Source: Narcine bancroftii (Eukaryota). From it: a DNA stretch of 64,000 nucleotides. Location of the stretch: the NCBI RefSeq assembly GCF_036971445.1, contig NC_091476.1:107880001-107944000 (forward strand). The letters are read 5' to 3'. The notes below the pieces were generated by a model, which had not been told where the DNA came from, did no database searches, and saw only the letters and a program-made list of their open reading frames with translations. Every line of letters starts with the position of its first letter. Position 1 is the first letter of the stretch. Shown here one piece after another: positions 61,700 to 64,000 of this stretch. Position numbers and translations under genes: made by a program.

Positions 61700-61904
61700 A
61701 GTAAAACATGATGCTGAAGACACTCAGCAGATGAAACAGTGTCCTTTATATAGCAAAAATAAAAATACATAACCGATGTTTTGGGCTTGAGCCTTTCATC
61801 AAGGAAGTTGAAGAGCTCAAGCCCGAAACATTAGTTATGTATTTATATCTTTGCTATATAAAGGACACTTGACCTGCTGAGTTTCTCCAGCATTGTGTTT
61901 TACT
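61700..61904. repeat. ~200-bp palindromic (fold-back) Penelope-type repeat
   Basis: Arms 61700-61798 and 61809-61904 are near reverse complements. CCCATGGA occurs on both flanks (61658-61665 and 61906-61913). Confidence 0.8.
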
Positions 61905-62294
61905 CCCCATGGATTTGGATGCAAAAATCAAAGAAAATGTCGTAATGCGATCGAGGGAACACTATATACAGTCAGGGTCAATGATTTGTAGATGAGATGT
62001 TAAAATGATATCCCATTTATCTTTAGGTGAATGTGAAGGATGCCAGGAAACTATTTGTGGAAGATTTGCAATGTAATTTCCCTGTCACTATTTATCTCTT
62101 GTCATTATCACTAAAATAGTCTCATTATTGTTTGAATGAATTTGCTGTGTGTGAATTGACAACCTTAATTTATATCTTAACAACTATGTTGGTAACAATA
62201 AAATGCTTTAGGATATTGTGAAAGATGAGGTATCTGTGCAGGTTTTTTTTTGCTTCAAGTGAGATGATTTTTCTCCATTTCAATTCTTTTGCAG

Positions 62295-62441
62295 TTTATT
62301 TACTGTCAGGTATGCTGCGAACCCTTTCACCTCTTCTGCCTGGAGGAGAATGAACGCCCCTTGGAGGAACAGTGGGAAAATTGGTGTTGCCGGCGTTGCA
62401 AGTTCTGCCATGTTTGTTGCCGACAAAATAAATCATCAAAG
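62295..62441 (+). CDS. KMT2A: KMT2A coding exon 11 (PHD1 end / PHD2 start)
   Basis: ttgcag|TTTATT...TCAAAG|gtaaag. Encodes FIYCQVCCEPFHLFCLEENERPLEEQWENWCCRRCKFCHVCCRQNKSSK; 147 nt. Confidence 0.97.
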
Positions 62442-63308
62442 GTAAAGTTATCAGATAGTGAGCTATTTATGAACATTTCAGATGAGCCATTTTGGTTGGA
62501 TTTAAGCAAAATTTCAACTTGGTCTTAATCTGACAGTTAAAATTCCCCACAACATTAACCTTGGATAGTATACTCCAAGAACGATTTTCATTGTCTTCAG
62601 TAGAAGGAGTACCAAAGGTTATGGAATTTTATTCTTTTCCTATTCCCTGATCCATGTACATTGCAATGTCTGCAAGAATGGAACAAAAATGTTATTTTCA
62701 CATTTAAAAAAAAACACACCACAGAAGTTAAACCTTGCCTCCCACTACAAGAAAAATCATATTTCTTCCAGAATCAGTTATTTTTTTTTTAACCAAAGTT
62801 TTGCAAATACTTGCAAAATATACACATTCTCCCATTTTAAGTTGAGCTGTTTACTCCATCCTTCTGAGTGTTCCTCTAGAGAAGTCAGGACCTGCCATCG
62901 ATATCTCTTGTTGCAACTGAGGGGCAAAGCCAAAAAGTTCTAAACCCTGGAATTTATACCACCTGAGGAAGTGGTTCTCTGCTTTGCTTCTCCATAATGT
63001 CCCAAATGAAATTAGGAGCATAATTGTAAGGTGACTTACGTATTGGGGTGGGGGTTGGGAGGGGGGGGGGGTTGTTTATAGTAAACAGTTTTCTGTAATG
63101 GGAAGTGTACATTGAAAAAAATTGTTTATTTAATTTACTGTCTCAGATAAATTTTGTAAGAGCAAATTTTTGTTCCATATCCAAGAATTTTTGGTAGTCA
63201 TTTGTACCTTTCACATAGGCCATTTTTCTGTAATCTTAATTGCTCAGTTGTCACCTGTACATGTATCTGATTAAAGAGTGAGTTTTGTCCACTCTCTATA
63301 TAACACCA

Positions 63309-63599
63309 TTGACCACCGCCAGTGGGCTGATATCGCCTCAAACCGTGCATCTTGGTGCCTCACAGTTTGGCGGGCAGCAACCTCCTTTGAAGAAGACCGC
63401 AGAGCCCACCTCACTGACAAAAGGCAAAGGAGGAAAAACCCAACACCCAACCCCAACCAACCAATTTTCCCCTGCAACCGCTGCAACCGTGTCTGCCTGT
63501 CCCACATCGGACTTGTCAGCCACAAACGAGCCTGCAGCTGACGTGGACATTTACCCCCTCAATAAATCTTCGTCCGCGAAGCCAAGCCAAAGAAAGAAG
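63309..63599 (+). mobile_element. Short 3'-end RTE LINE insertion with perfect TSD
   Basis: Near-identical to the reverse complement of 28660-28950. TSD ATATAACACCA at 63298-63308 and 63600-63610. Confidence 0.92.
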
Positions 63600-64000
63600 A
63601 TATAACACCAATTTGTTATCAGATAAAAGTAGTTTAACGAGATTTCCTTGTTATTTTCTGTTCATCCTTTTCCTTTGGCTCGTTTTCTAAAAAACTTTGG
63701 GGCTTGTGGATACAATATCCACTTAGGAGTTTGCACTCAAAACCGTAGCTTGTCTTTTGCTTTTATAGGTTGATGGATTGTGTAACTAGGCATTTTTAAA
63801 ATTTATTTTTGCCTACTCATGGTTAATCCTGGAGTGAACTCTATGTTAATGAGAATGGAAGTAGAGTGCAAGTGGAACAGTGATGGAGAAGGAAGGAAAA
63901 CTATCTGAATGGTTAGTTTCAAGAACTAAATAGCGAGGAAAAAATATAAATTCTTAAAACTTTTTTTTAAACACAGCAGCTTCTTGAGTGTGGCAAGTGC

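Noticed and set aside
34327-62441. Assignment to the paralog KMT2B
   Set aside because: Motifs such as DATIAKQLLQRAKKG, YFSSAKYAKEGLIRKPIFDNF and LSALPWEEREKILSSMGND match KMT2A as I know it. A phylogeny would confirm.

Overview
This is vertebrate genomic DNA, not prokaryotic. The V-SINE, CR1, Rex1 and Penelope-type repeats suggest a cartilaginous fish (inference). The window lies inside one + strand gene, the histone H3K4 methyltransferase KMT2A (MLL1). Ten GT-AG coding exons (exons 2-11 by the human numbering I recall) join in phase into 4032 nt (1344 codons) encoding AT-hooks, the CXXC zinc finger, PHD1 and the start of PHD2. Exon 1 and the 3' part of the gene are outside the window. The introns are dense with decayed transposable elements, and several boundaries and target-site duplications (TSDs) can be read base by base. 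They include: a Gmr1-type (PR-INT-RT order) LTR element with a tRNA-Pro primer-binding site (PBS); a CsRn1-type Gypsy with CHCC Gag and a tRNA-Trp PBS; a four-element nest (Rex1 LINE > solo LTR > full-length two-gene, intron-containing PIF/Harbinger plus an RTE LINE); a Tigger/pogo element split by a related solo LTR; hAT and pogo MITEs; and a young RTE insertion. I found no convincing wholly new biological system. The best leads are the reconstructable Harbinger with a candidate Myb-binding motif, a composite double-palindrome hAT MITE, a Penelope-type hairpin with hammerhead-like cores, a degenerate KMT2A AT-hook 1, and candidate poison exons in intron 8.
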